This document shows positions 30,801-38,817 of a stretch of 64,000 bases of DNA, piece by piece (position 1 is the first letter of the stretch; every line of letters starts with the position of its first letter). Origin of the DNA: a virus; IMG/VR virus record IMGVR_UViG_3300042894_006198, positions 32,001 through 96,000 of that record; one strand, 5' to 3'. The translations under genes were made by a program, and so were the position numbers. The notes below the pieces were generated by a model, which was given only the letters and a program-made list of their open reading frames with translations, was not told the origin of the DNA and searched no databases.

Positions 30801-33800
30801 TGTAACAGGTGGAAACGTAGCTAACGTATTCAGTGTCAATGATCGTATTCAATTTGGTTCTGATGCAAACGCAGTATCGTTCATTATTTCTAATCGTTGG
30901 GCAAGTAATAACAATATTCAACTCATACCACCTATTAGTGGAAATACAGGAAATGTAGGGTCAGGATCATTAATTTGGCAAACCAAACCTGAACCTACAT
31001 TAGGTTATAGTGGTGCAAATCTTATTACGGTGGGCAATGTTATACCATATATCTCTATTGTATCGTTGACAAATACCTATTCGTTTACTAATGTTGTTGC
31101 AACAAATTCTACAGTATATACGAGTGCTGCACAAAACAATCCACGTTATATTATTGGTACGATTAGTAACATTGTTGGACCACCATCAAATACATTTAAT
31201 GTCACGGTAAGTAATTTTAGCGCAAACAATGGTACATATGCTAATTGGAATATAAATTATTATATCACTGCAGCAAGTGAAGGTGTTAAGATTGACTTTG
31301 CCAATGCAAATATTGGAACCAATACAACAAGCAATGGTGTACGTGTACAGCTAGATTTTGCTAATAGTTTTGTAAGTCCTGGACAGGCGCAGGGACAAGC
31401 CATTAACTTCTATAGTGTAGTAAGTAATGCTACTACAGCAAATTTTACAGCAAATACATTTTTAACTGCTAATGTTGCATTTGATAATATATCAAACTTG
31501 TTTATTGGGCAACCTGCTTATGGTGGAAATATTGCTGCAAATACTTATATTGTAAGTATTACACCTGATCCTAATGTTGCTAATGCACCTGCAGGTACGA
31601 TACAATTTAATAATTTACAAAACCTTACACTAAGTGCTAACAATTTAGTTACATTTGCTAGAGGTTGGTATAACGAGCATATTTACTATGGTAATGTTGT
31701 TCAGGTAAGCAATAATTTTAGCAATGTTGATTTGTATTTTGACCCATTGTTTAACAATCCTGTTTCTTATGGCAATTTTACTGCAACTTATGGTTCTAAT
31801 GTTTCTAATTTAATAGCTTTTATACCTGAACCGTTAAGTGTAACGCCAAGCACAATAACCTATGCAGGTAATGTTTATATTGCAGTAAACAGTGCCACAG
31901 GCTCAAATGTATTACCTTCACTAGATTCTGCTAATTGGCAATTAGTGGGTACATCTAATCAAGCATTAAACGCTATTGATCGTATTGTGGCAGCATATCA
32001 GCCCACTGTAAATATGGTTGGTAAAGATATTAACCAACTAGTTGAAGGTACACAATATCCAAATAGTACACTATATGGTGGAATCTTAGATGAAATATTA
32101 GATCCTAATACATATTATGACAGTTATATTATCTCTCCAAGATTTACAGCGGTAGATCCTACGGTATATGATGTAAGTGGTGGACAATTTACAGATGGTT
32201 ATGCGCCCCCTGAGCTAGTTGCAGGTGTAGTATCAGATACGATAGATATTAATGTGAATACAAGGCCTGGCTCGACATGGGATTATGATTCTACTACTGC
32301 TACATTAGTTTTCCGTGTCAGCAATGTAAACCTAAGAGATAATCTAAATGGTAACAGTATTATACTACCACCTAAGGGCAGTGGTTATCGTTTACCACCT
32401 GATATTACAATTGATCCACCTCCAACATTACCTTTAGTATTTGGTGGCGTTGAGGTAACTGCTACAGGTCAACCTGTTGTCAATGGTAATGGTGGACGTT
32501 TAGGTACGCCAACAATAGGTCCTGTTGGGGCAATAAACGAAGGTAGAATATTAAGTATTCCTATTGACAACGTAGGAGCGGGGTATCGTTTAGCACCTAC
32601 AGTAATTATTGACAGACCACGTTTTGCAAACAATGTTATCAATGCTAATGGAGTACAAGCAGTTGCACGAGTTACCGTACGTAATGGTGCAATAACGGGG
32701 GTGATCATAACGCAGCCTGGGTCAGGGTATGATCCATTATACCCACCAAAAGTCACTGTTGTAGATGATGAATTAGTTGGTGTTACTGTAACAAATGGTG
32801 GCGAGGGATATAGTAATGTAACAAGTGTATATCCAACATCGACTATTACTGCACCTGATATTTTAAATACAACCATTGCAACAACTACATCAAACAGTTA
32901 TGTTATAAACGTATCAAATGTAGCAAATATTACAGCAGGTATGATTGTCAATGTTGCATATACTACAAACCTTGCAAGTAATGCTACCCTAGGTGATTCT
33001 AATATTACACTAGCAAATGTTACAGGCATTGCTTTAGGTGCAAGAGTAAGTTCAAATGTTGCTAACTTTATTTTATCAAACACTTATGTTGCTAACTTAC
33101 ATGCAGGTAATGTTATTGAATTAAGTACTCCTGTCATATCAAATGCTAGCACAACTGCTAATATTACGGTAAATCCTGCGTATGGAACATTAGTAACAAG
33201 TGTTGATACTGCTAATGCCAATGTCAATGTAAGTATACGAGGTGATTGGATAAGTGCATCAAATATTACATTCTCAGGTGCACAAGCTTATTCTAACGTA
33301 GTGTTAGGTCCTGTTTTAGTTGATCACACAGGATTTAATGTCGTTAACTTCACGCCAAACATTGTTAATACACAATTTACAAAAGTAATGACCTCTAATG
33401 CCAATGCTAATGTAGGCACTTTAGTTCTTAATTCAGTAGATGAAGTACGTATTGGTCAAAGTATTACAACGACTACAGCAAATATACTAGCAGCTAATAC
33501 TGTAGTTACTAATGTATACAAATCTAACTCTACCATTGGTATTAGTGCAAATACATTAAATGCTGCTAGCGCAAATACAGTGTTTACTTTTAGTGCACAA
33601 GAGTTTTCATTCAATGAAATTGTACAAACACCAATGGATTTGATACTGTTTAATATTGACCATACAAGTCCTATATTCAGAAATTCAGGATTATCTCTTG
33701 TTTATGCTAACTCTAACACAAGTACCTTAAGTTTTAATGGTGATTGTAGTTATGCTTTCTTATCTAACAATGTTATTACATTTAGCGCAAATGCTAATAC

Positions 33801-36800
33801 ACCAACGTCAAATACAACAACTTATCCTCAATATACAGTTTCTAATGTAAACTATAATTTAATATCGAATGTTACTACGTTAAATGTTACGCCAAACGTA
33901 GGTAATTTATCAGGTGCAGCTAATGTTTCAACATGGGTATTAGAAACTTATAATGAAACTAGAATGGTTAATTCACCAACTAATGCTGTTGATGCCAATT
34001 TATATTATGTTGATTGGACTGACAAGTTTGTTACTTTAGATTTACATTATATAGCAAATGTTGGTACACCATATATTGATGCTTATATATATGAAGTTGG
34101 TGGTGGCAATGAACTAGAGCGTACAAATACTGAAATTAATCCTGTACGTGCTAATACAACAGGTGCATTAACTGATATCTATATTGATGCTAACTATAGA
34201 GAAGTATTTTCTATTGTACGTGATCCAATATTAAGCCCAATATCAAATGCAAATAGTTTTGGCTATGTTAATCAAGTATATGCTACACCACTAGTATACA
34301 AATATACAGCAGCTAATGGTGAATATCGTAAGTTACATTATTATCCTGAGCAGTCGACTGCATATACAACAACCACAATTGCTACAACAACAAGTGGCAG
34401 TACAATACAAGTACTTGATGCACGTGGTATAATAACAGGAACTACGCTATTAAGTGAAGGTGTCAACAATACGCCAACAGTAACCGCAGTATCTTTCTCT
34501 AATATTGCGCTAAATTATTCAGGCAACGTTACTTTAGATGCTAATGTAACAATTAATTATGGTTCATTTGTTACATTTGTTGATTATACTGCTGCTGCTA
34601 ATACAGACTATTACATTGTACCACGTGATCAAGCAAATGATCCATTGGGTAAAGTTAAGATTGTATTACGTGATGCGGTAGAAGAACATGATTACTTAAG
34701 TTATGTAGTGCTTGGTAATAGTGGAGATTTTGATCCATCAACAGGCAAGACTAATTATGGCTATAGTATTCCTGAAACACAAACTACTGTATTATCTACA
34801 ACAGGTACAACCGTAGCAAATGTTACTGCAGTTGATGCTCCTAACGTAGTCATTTCTGTAAATTCTACTGCGAACATATTTGCAGGAATGGTAGCTACAG
34901 GTGGAACTATACCATCAGGTGGATCAATTGTACTAAGCGTATTAAACTCTGCTAATTTACAAATGTCAAGTGTTACAGGTATTAGTACGGGTAACAATCT
35001 TACATTCTCTTATCCACAAGCCTTTACACAAGTTGTTCCATTAGTTAATTTTGTTGGTTCACCGACTGTAACAGGTGACAACAATATTGAAAATGCGATT
35101 GTTGAAGTAAATGGTGTACGTTTATTAGATCAATTGAGTAAAGTATATATAAGTGATGGTAGTTTACCATATGCAGCACCTATACCTATACAATTAACAA
35201 GTAGTGTTAATGGTATAACAAGTGGTACAGTAACCATTGGTTCTACAACTTATACCTACTATGTTGCTGTAGGCAACAATGGATTAATTTTACTTAATAT
35301 TGATGACCCAACTAATCCTTTAGATTGGGTTCCACAGATTAATGTAACAGGTTATAATTTAAATAGCGTGGCAGTAAGTGGTACTAATATTATTGTAGTG
35401 GGTGAGCTAGGCACATGGGTAACATTGTCAACAAGTTCTATCGTAATTGCTGCATCAACACGCAGTGGATGGGTATTAAAATCGCCATTCACGGCATATA
35501 ATTTAAACTCAATTGTTTATAATGCTGTATCAAGTACGTTTGTTGTAGTTGGTGATTCACAAACCATTTACAACAGTGCCAATGATGGTTCTACTTGGAC
35601 AAATTATACTGTAGCTGATGCTACGATAACCACTGCAGGTTATACAACAACTCCTGCAACCCACAAGTACAACTTTAGAAAGATTATTTGGAACAATTAT
35701 GGTACTGCACAATCATTTGTTATTGTAGGTGATTGTAATAATTTACCTGCAGTACGTGCACCATTACCTACTGATACAAGTTATATTGGTGTAACAAACT
35801 ATGTACAAGGTATTATCATTTTAGGTAATTCTGCGGGTACTACATGGACAGTATTAGCTCCATCTGCTGAGCGTAACGATATTGGTTCATTGCGTTCAGT
35901 AAGTTATGATCCGCTAACAGGCAATGCAATTATTGTTGGACAAAACAATGCATCAACTTATATTGGTCAACCTTGGGCTAATGGTTATACAATTAACTAT
36001 AGTACATTAAGTATAACATCAACATGGTCAATTACTAATATTAACACATCATTAACATCGACTACTCCATTTACTGATATTGTATACATTGCAGATTATC
36101 AAAGTACTTCATTGCCTTCATTTTATGTGGTAGGCGAGTTTGATCAGATTGCTCCATTTACTTCAATGGTGTTTACAATAAGTGGTTCAGGTACATCATG
36201 GACAGGTGCACGAGTAGATAATCAAATTGATGGTGATATTCATGCTGCCATTGTACGTAGTAATTACGATACACTTACTGTGGGTCAGCATGGTGATGTT
36301 TATGACGTTAATACTGATACATATAGTATACCAACGGTAGCAAATCAAGTTTATGGATACAGCCCAACATTCTTAACATTAGGTACATTAGTTGTTACAC
36401 TGAATGGTATATTACAATCATATGGTATAGACTATACAGTAATTTACGATAGTAATGATACCCCTTATGTTGAATTTATTACAGCACCTGCAGTAGGTGA
36501 TTTAATTGAAATTTCCTATGTAGATAATACAAACATAAGTGATCCCTATGACATTGTATACAATACAGGCTTAGGTAGTGCTTTATTAACGTTGAATATA
36601 CCTGTACAAGCAGCAGGTGATGTGTTAACAGTAACAACCTTTAATCGCACTGCACAACAAAGTTTGAACACATTAAGCTTGCTTGGATCAACTGTTAATT
36701 CTATAGCATCAATTATTGTATCAGGTACAGTGGCTACAGTAACAACAATTAATACACATAGTTTCACAGGTGGACAAATTGTTCGTATTAATAGAACAAA

Positions 36801-37992
36801 TAGTGCGGTATATGATGGAACAGATGATTTTGGTAGTATCTATGAGATTATTGCTGCACCAACGACAACAACATTTACGATAAACGTAGATGGTGGTTCG
36901 CCTAGTATATTAGGAGCGGGTTTTGTATTCCCTGACAATCAATACTTCCTAAACCAACCTGACTTTATCATTTTAAATAAGTCAAGATTATGGGTAACGG
37001 TGAATGGTTATCGTGTTGATGAAAATAATTTTGCTTTAACTAACAATCAAGTACAAATTTTCCGTGAAATTATAGCATCAGACGAGATTGGTATATTGTC
37101 GATGACGCCTGGGGCAACGCCAAATGCTGAGTTCTTTACTATACATTTGAGTAAAACAGGTTCAGCTTCAGTATTAAGAATGCCACCTGAAGATACTACA
37201 TTTGTTACGGATGCTTTCCCAAGTGATCCACCCAATGGAATATTGTATGTACAGGATGCAGCACGTTTAATGGATAAAATTGTTCAATCAACCACTGTAG
37301 CTACGTCAACGATTAGTTTTGAAAGTGCTTATTTGGTATCAAATCAAGTTAATCGTGTTGATATTGTAGCTACAAAATATGTATCAGGTATTACTCAAGC
37401 TAGTATTGCGGTAGTTACTACAACAGTAAATCATGATTTAAGTGATGGTGATACAGTTGTGTTGAATAATGTTGGTGGTATGGTGCAAGTAAATGGACTG
37501 ACATATTATGCTAAGGTATCAGGATATGCTGCCAATCAGTTTGCACTATATGCTGATCGTGGGCTAACTACTGCATTAAATTCTACAGCATTAACTGCTT
37601 ATACAAGTGGTGGCACTTTTAATATTGAAGTAAATGGAACTTACAGTCCTGATAGTTATAACAGAATAATTGTTGAATCATACTTTACAGTGGGCACAGC
37701 AGTAGTTATTACTGTATGGATTGGGAACACTGTAATTGTCAATGGTGAATATATACGATTTACACAGTTTGATTTAACTGAAGGTACTAATAGTATTAGT
37801 GGGTTATCACGTGGTGTCAATGGTACGATAGTATCTCCAACGATTGCACGTGGTAGCTTAGTACGTCCAATTATACCAAAGAATATTTTACCAAGTACTT
37901 ACTATGGTTATTCATGGAGTGATAGTAGAAATAATCCATTACAGATTAGTGAAACTCCTGCGGCTATATTCCTAAGAAGTGCTAGTAATTAA
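18826..37992 (+). CDS. Giant (6388 aa) multidomain baseplate wedge / adhesin protein, gp7-like position
   Basis: Uninterrupted 19.2-kb ORF after gp6. Contains an EVKPYH motif, FG-GAP-like repeats, an Asp-box propeller, GSGY repeats and a CBM5/12-like motif. Confidence 0.75.
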   Translation: MVTKVRTIDFLPEIFRTETNRQFLSATLDQLTQQKNVSAVQGYIGEKFGYGISRNDKYVVEPDKTRTDYQLEPAVIFLKDDTQTPQDFITYPGIVDALRQPNNVTLNPQSLFEQDSYSWESFINYDKLLNYQQYYWLPLGPDTVLVSTDTVYNRRTYTVIDSNDGYRISTFAQKNPIITLLRGGTYKFVVDGNAPFWIQGVPGTNGTEPLYPNISTRDVLGVTNNGTASGEITFTVPARDAQSQYILPGNHTVDIICTSNYDDINGKTLADIGGSIDGVTDLNGKTIMFYGPSSVANQIKYYRIEYDTNNNLTATTTPDANYTSVSTIGVVDVSDIYAGMVISGSGIPSGTIVENIINSNLYLSNAITVTTSTTLTFSNNRFPVPPSVSVGYNAAPYAAYDQNYIDPLQSSYTPVEIGFDQTIVLRLVDIGNIPTMETITANLGTVYQARKFFRNLAGQIELIPYLSAQLDRLYYQNANDPNSVGIIELIESNADAYIYISDILGKTNYTSPNKVQFTNGLKISFEGNVVPSSYEGNEYYVEGVGTAIQLIPVGDYATPEIYTDPIFVPYDMEPYDTTGYDVVLNQPLDADYLTISRLSRDRNAWSRSNRWFHYDVLQATYNYTKSARSLEDLQSTTNRAKRPIIEFVPNLKLFDSGTKSLGSVDFFDTATTDLLSTVEGIVPTLPTIANFSSATEAIVTINNTQLVGTINPSLPVTLIEGQSVVLQIPSTWPTEWQVLDNQIYYIYDINTSSPTVTTFKLSSVSTIDTPDPLDTNGFTAPSVGTAYASFGEYIIDGESVFDGARIIVSNDTDASVRSKVYYATFVQIDTAGTVVASFVPDTDVTVTNLSQAVITRGDVSYNHLGRTFVYEDVLFNNAGGWQQCQLKTGPNQAPLFDILNENGVSFSNTSSYPATTFAGTKLFSYTENSSNPDDPVLGFPLEYTSLENTSDINFTVNLNVDTFSYTSGSTTVTELINTGYVNQYEIIDVPTKRIGWVNSIEQSVQYQVFSFTTSALNTANNITTVRCDIPAQPDTGWNPVKVYLNNRYLKPNEFTYTVTSSETIVYIPNGFNDLPVVVELLSAEVSPTAYYTVPTNLENNPFNVNPTTIDLGGIRNHWISICENSGLVTGSFVGNNNSRDLPNLDPYGNKIIQNSAAMLLPGLFLRKAGYNILDALNFNSNEYTNYKQVIVDTAYQLDFGPYDSPSTILDTIVQRLVQAKADTAPFFWSDMYFSGDPYITNTYRFRNQASTATYTLSRIYDFTSANYYGLGIYVTRIIDGIAREIQLLRDVNWVTSTTSPSVTITYSFLAGDVVTVKEYNQTYGTFCPNTPSKLGTYPAFVPQVLLDNTYLTPTYFIVGHDGSYNKLYGTYINGRLTDPRDIALFEFENRVWNNIKVTQDIPIVYADVAPGKFRTTSYSEEEILQIKNPSFLNWIGKNRLDYRTNFYRSNNAFSYNYRGSTMSIDDSIITQGYWRGIYNWLYDTDTPNITPWKMLGFAVRPTWWLSYYGDAPYTSDNTTLWTDLSNGFVWNNGDSYTITKYVRPQLLSIIPVDSMGNLVPPLELVVNFYNTLDFNKSWLPGDDSPTEASYEKSSTYPFDLMRLLVLTKPAQFFNLNVDRDLYKFDVELGQWLYNNRYHINPNDIVVYGDGTPKHSYINWVVDYLNQRGISSTSEVQVSLQNLDVRLVYRVGGFTAKKFLSFLVEKASTNSANTGLLIPDDSYNILLYDNVPFDKITWSSVVVQKTEKGYSVWGNSLTQSFFTCAQPLNNNYKEVVSYGDYRVSVSTGFSKTQTYIVPYGTEFYSLEGVAEFLVRYGAHLANQGMLFVNIFDGVEYNWTQMVAEFLYWQSQKWSVGSLINLNPNSQRLSINKDNFIVQPLTLQQSNFVLDQNMSPIKPTNMMINRDGTAFELQVKNVGDTLAYSVFNMSNIEHAIVFDNITLFNDVIYNVSIGLRQERILMKGYVTAEWNGYVDAQGFLLNQNNVQEWQSNIKYSKGQIVTYKGQYWVASEIIEPNANFNQEQWIKSDYESVQTGLLANPSTEAAEALSFYNTNVAALNEDTDLLSFSLIGFRPREYMAAADLSNISQVNIYKNFIKQKGTNIIANTFKRAEFAQGQIDYDIYENWAIKSGEFGAVNSSNFVETLLIEADLNSNPTIIGFTDSNITSVNGAQQNTNINELINWDRKPSTANFLPPMISNYTVQQGIPTAGYVNYDDVEITSYTYEGLNDLTTTVQNMYYGDYIWLADYLSTWNVSTPLSVGAVVVLLQNNLNSTCTLTFDKPHGLVKNQRFSVVGFNSEVDGYYIVNTVLSLNSVLINLILPNNIRTIEGVGIAFKFQNHRVTQPSAANNFPIAGNEFTRKKIWADENGPEPDKQWAVWESVPVFQLTTLTSTASSGQTGAVAYNSTVGSVVAYAGYVRVFPLIGSPYNLLSSSSVTAIAVAGSYIFTVSGTTLRIYNAPTTTAVQTITLSNTCTSIDTSATGTIVYVGSPSTNNVYQYVNTGASWVAGATITTPSASGSVGAVLGFGTSVTCSNQGNKLFVGAPTSTISGITQAGAVYAFDYTGSAVNLQQTIVNPAPHQGGLFGRSVSTFQYGSDFIIGAPFNLQTVDGINNVEGAVYRYTSPAQRYGTISGVVSATYPFSGTLYIDNDTITITSAANLAGIVSQINAGLTGSGRTALASYSGSTLTIAVDPDLVDTPLNLIDISSNSVATLTALGLTPYVLTQTIYEPYKTNTSQFGYLVAMNELNSIAISAPTATKHDLTTFDFSDDYANNDTIFDWGATTFIDQWPLFGEVCVYDYLPAANENILNTGKYVFAEYANDPTYNIANYGLQPQYGNGGLSFNNSVITVTSPNWGTPDVGRVTQFTNSNRQTWNVIRAPLAAVDINKLQFIEIYDTIDNQTLDYLDYIDPIQGKMFGAVESNIDFITTKDPAGYGINKPAWTEDMVGRIWFDPSEIRMVDTHQSAYGTPTIPDSVYNSKYWAQPFVGSLPRVYRWTESTVDPLNYSGPGTPLDFETYVSVTVQDNNINSLVTLYYFWVENNPIIDTKIGKTLNTSTIASYILNPLGSGISYLAPLGTNSVALFNSTNYVRANNSALHIGYSSTVNSDQKHIEFNLIREGDPFDFLNGVPNTRRVGQEEPKGLYLKFINSFAGRNILGQTVPDTNLPLLVRYGTSNIYRQSMFRNRELALQNYIDYVNSVLMLYPITESRVIPFLNEVGLTWDTRDFWSYENYWVNGYSNATKAQIQVQSVPELASVNAREGLIAYVQTSVTSGNGTYYSYTDGEWVLIGIENGTIQFSSTLYTNTDLDETSMPIRYIVRAINEQIFIGDLQIERNRSLTLMFNYIMSEAQQRKNYLPWLNKTSLIDVSHTIRQLIPYEKFQRDNQDFLSGWLNEVKPYHVVIKDFAFRYAGQDTFEGDITDFDVPSRYVNSMNQYESPILVYELTQTQENEYLPTNPIWTTSPYVNWYNNYGLSIDSSELENLAIAQLRFFVGRDATSIYISNAYGMPAIGYIQINDEIIGYNFIDYYRGRLAGLSRARFGTEIATHNPGADVVCTFDPVTVIETGRAYANPPTIDVVIDTAVFPEPREQAILTPIMANDRLIGIQVNDGGSGYGQQPEIIIQPAFEETFAATAFNTGTNRVTLTSSTSFISGDCVRYRVEAGSTPPIGLTDGAYYYVRVDTASNSLYLFYNKAAAIARRGDVNYDDDRVIMYGGAVGNGHVFGQTARAVAFTTSRPTREIKTTIKLDRTSYRSTISSWDGSNTAYAGPFTDPLNISSSLFLASGENYGLISNSNITIPTTLPSTISVTTTTDPTVFKSNQVVALTATSVWEPATYGNGQTIVTYNTATSPFSSFAIVDNQGLNFGGGAAALRGAAISFESDGNPDYDLLGTPQWNGNNLANTSNVYWKSISSITSAALATVTTTTDHNLVNWQKVYLANITTTPTSGNVINNKTFYANRLSNNAFYLYSANTNSTGLTANGNYTTGNIINVTGGNVANVFSVNDRIQFGSDANAVSFIISNRWASNNNIQLIPPISGNTGNVGSGSLIWQTKPEPTLGYSGANLITVGNVIPYISIVSLTNTYSFTNVVATNSTVYTSAAQNNPRYIIGTISNIVGPPSNTFNVTVSNFSANNGTYANWNINYYITAASEGVKIDFANANIGTNTTSNGVRVQLDFANSFVSPGQAQGQAINFYSVVSNATTANFTANTFLTANVAFDNISNLFIGQPAYGGNIAANTYIVSITPDPNVANAPAGTIQFNNLQNLTLSANNLVTFARGWYNEHIYYGNVVQVSNNFSNVDLYFDPLFNNPVSYGNFTATYGSNVSNLIAFIPEPLSVTPSTITYAGNVYIAVNSATGSNVLPSLDSANWQLVGTSNQALNAIDRIVAAYQPTVNMVGKDINQLVEGTQYPNSTLYGGILDEILDPNTYYDSYIISPRFTAVDPTVYDVSGGQFTDGYAPPELVAGVVSDTIDINVNTRPGSTWDYDSTTATLVFRVSNVNLRDNLNGNSIILPPKGSGYRLPPDITIDPPPTLPLVFGGVEVTATGQPVVNGNGGRLGTPTIGPVGAINEGRILSIPIDNVGAGYRLAPTVIIDRPRFANNVINANGVQAVARVTVRNGAITGVIITQPGSGYDPLYPPKVTVVDDELVGVTVTNGGEGYSNVTSVYPTSTITAPDILNTTIATTTSNSYVINVSNVANITAGMIVNVAYTTNLASNATLGDSNITLANVTGIALGARVSSNVANFILSNTYVANLHAGNVIELSTPVISNASTTANITVNPAYGTLVTSVDTANANVNVSIRGDWISASNITFSGAQAYSNVVLGPVLVDHTGFNVVNFTPNIVNTQFTKVMTSNANANVGTLVLNSVDEVRIGQSITTTTANILAANTVVTNVYKSNSTIGISANTLNAASANTVFTFSAQEFSFNEIVQTPMDLILFNIDHTSPIFRNSGLSLVYANSNTSTLSFNGDCSYAFLSNNVITFSANANTPTSNTTTYPQYTVSNVNYNLISNVTTLNVTPNVGNLSGAANVSTWVLETYNETRMVNSPTNAVDANLYYVDWTDKFVTLDLHYIANVGTPYIDAYIYEVGGGNELERTNTEINPVRANTTGALTDIYIDANYREVFSIVRDPILSPISNANSFGYVNQVYATPLVYKYTAANGEYRKLHYYPEQSTAYTTTTIATTTSGSTIQVLDARGIITGTTLLSEGVNNTPTVTAVSFSNIALNYSGNVTLDANVTINYGSFVTFVDYTAAANTDYYIVPRDQANDPLGKVKIVLRDAVEEHDYLSYVVLGNSGDFDPSTGKTNYGYSIPETQTTVLSTTGTTVANVTAVDAPNVVISVNSTANIFAGMVATGGTIPSGGSIVLSVLNSANLQMSSVTGISTGNNLTFSYPQAFTQVVPLVNFVGSPTVTGDNNIENAIVEVNGVRLLDQLSKVYISDGSLPYAAPIPIQLTSSVNGITSGTVTIGSTTYTYYVAVGNNGLILLNIDDPTNPLDWVPQINVTGYNLNSVAVSGTNIIVVGELGTWVTLSTSSIVIAASTRSGWVLKSPFTAYNLNSIVYNAVSSTFVVVGDSQTIYNSANDGSTWTNYTVADATITTAGYTTTPATHKYNFRKIIWNNYGTAQSFVIVGDCNNLPAVRAPLPTDTSYIGVTNYVQGIIILGNSAGTTWTVLAPSAERNDIGSLRSVSYDPLTGNAIIVGQNNASTYIGQPWANGYTINYSTLSITSTWSITNINTSLTSTTPFTDIVYIADYQSTSLPSFYVVGEFDQIAPFTSMVFTISGSGTSWTGARVDNQIDGDIHAAIVRSNYDTLTVGQHGDVYDVNTDTYSIPTVANQVYGYSPTFLTLGTLVVTLNGILQSYGIDYTVIYDSNDTPYVEFITAPAVGDLIEISYVDNTNISDPYDIVYNTGLGSALLTLNIPVQAAGDVLTVTTFNRTAQQSLNTLSLLGSTVNSIASIIVSGTVATVTTINTHSFTGGQIVRINRTNSAVYDGTDDFGSIYEIIAAPTTTTFTINVDGGSPSILGAGFVFPDNQYFLNQPDFIILNKSRLWVTVNGYRVDENNFALTNNQVQIFREIIASDEIGILSMTPGATPNAEFFTIHLSKTGSASVLRMPPEDTTFVTDAFPSDPPNGILYVQDAARLMDKIVQSTTVATSTISFESAYLVSNQVNRVDIVATKYVSGITQASIAVVTTTVNHDLSDGDTVVLNNVGGMVQVNGLTYYAKVSGYAANQFALYADRGLTTALNSTALTAYTSGGTFNIEVNGTYSPDSYNRIIVESYFTVGTAVVITVWIGNTVIVNGEYIRFTQFDLTEGTNSISGLSRGVNGTIVSPTIARGSLVRPIIPKNILPSTYYGYSWSDSRNNPLQISETPAAIFLRSASN

Positions 37993-38008
37993 AAGATAAA
38001 TATAAATT

Positions 38009-38164
38009 ATGAACAAAATGGATAAAAATATTACAAAACCTGAAGTAAAAAGTACGCAAAGTTCTAAAAAACCAAATGAACAAGGTAGTTTTTATTTTAG
38101 TAGTAGCATAAAAATTTTTGATCCACAGACACAAAAAGTTTTTGTGCATAAAAGATGTAATTGA
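38009..38164 (+). CDS. Small protein (51 aa) resembling the N-terminus of the downstream baseplate protein
   Basis: Translated by hand: MNKMDK...KPNEQGSFYFSSSIKIFDPQTQKVFVHKRCN. GATAAATA lies 6 nt upstream. Not in the ORF track. Confidence 0.7.
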   Translation: MNKMDKNITKPEVKSTQSSKKPNEQGSFYFSSSIKIFDPQTQKVFVHKRCN

Positions 38165-38176
38165 TGGAAAAAATAA

Positions 38177-38791
38177 ATGGATAAATCTACGATAGCAATT
38201 CAAGGTTTTATTAAGATATATGATCCGCATAGTGGTGAAGTACTATGTGAGAAAAAGAATGCTATTCACTATGAAAACATGAGTGAAGCGATTGCATTGA
38301 CCTTGAGCAATCGTGGGTATGGTAGCATTTATCAAATGGCTTTTGGTAATGGTGGTGCTAGTGTAGATGAAACAGGTTTAATAACTTATTTGCCACCTAA
38401 TACAACAGGTCAAAATGCTGCGTTATACAATCAAACTTATCAAAAAATTGTTGATGACACTATAGCAACCAATACTAATGCAGCACGTAATCGCATGATT
38501 GTAAGTCATGTAAATGGAACATTGTATTCAGATATTTTAGTACAGTGTTTATTAGATTATGGTGAACCTGCAGGGCAACAAGCATTTGATAATGCAACAA
38601 ACAATGAAGGATTATATGTATTTGATGAGCTAGGATTATTAGCTAATTATGGTACAGATAGTACAGGAGCGGTTCAAACCAAGTTATTGAGCCACGCAAT
38701 TTTTCACCCTGTTCAAAAAGCGTTAAATCGTCAAATACAGATTGACTATACTGTGCGTATACAAACGCTAACTAACTTGGTGACCATATGA
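38177..38791 (+). CDS. Baseplate / tail-fibre attachment protein
   Basis: MAFGNGG, FDELGL and IFHPVQK...IDYTV motifs; lies between the giant wedge protein and the fibre. Confidence 0.6.
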   Translation: MDKSTIAIQGFIKIYDPHSGEVLCEKKNAIHYENMSEAIALTLSNRGYGSIYQMAFGNGGASVDETGLITYLPPNTTGQNAALYNQTYQKIVDDTIATNTNAARNRMIVSHVNGTLYSDILVQCLLDYGEPAGQQAFDNATNNEGLYVFDELGLLANYGTDSTGAVQTKLLSHAIFHPVQKALNRQIQIDYTVRIQTLTNLVTI

Positions 38792-38817
38792 TAAATATTT
38801 AAAGATGGAAACAGAAA

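Noticed and set aside
37982-38230. 82-aa minus-strand ORF
   Set aside because: The plus-strand 51-aa ORF has a promoter-like element and similarity to its neighbour, so it is the better call.
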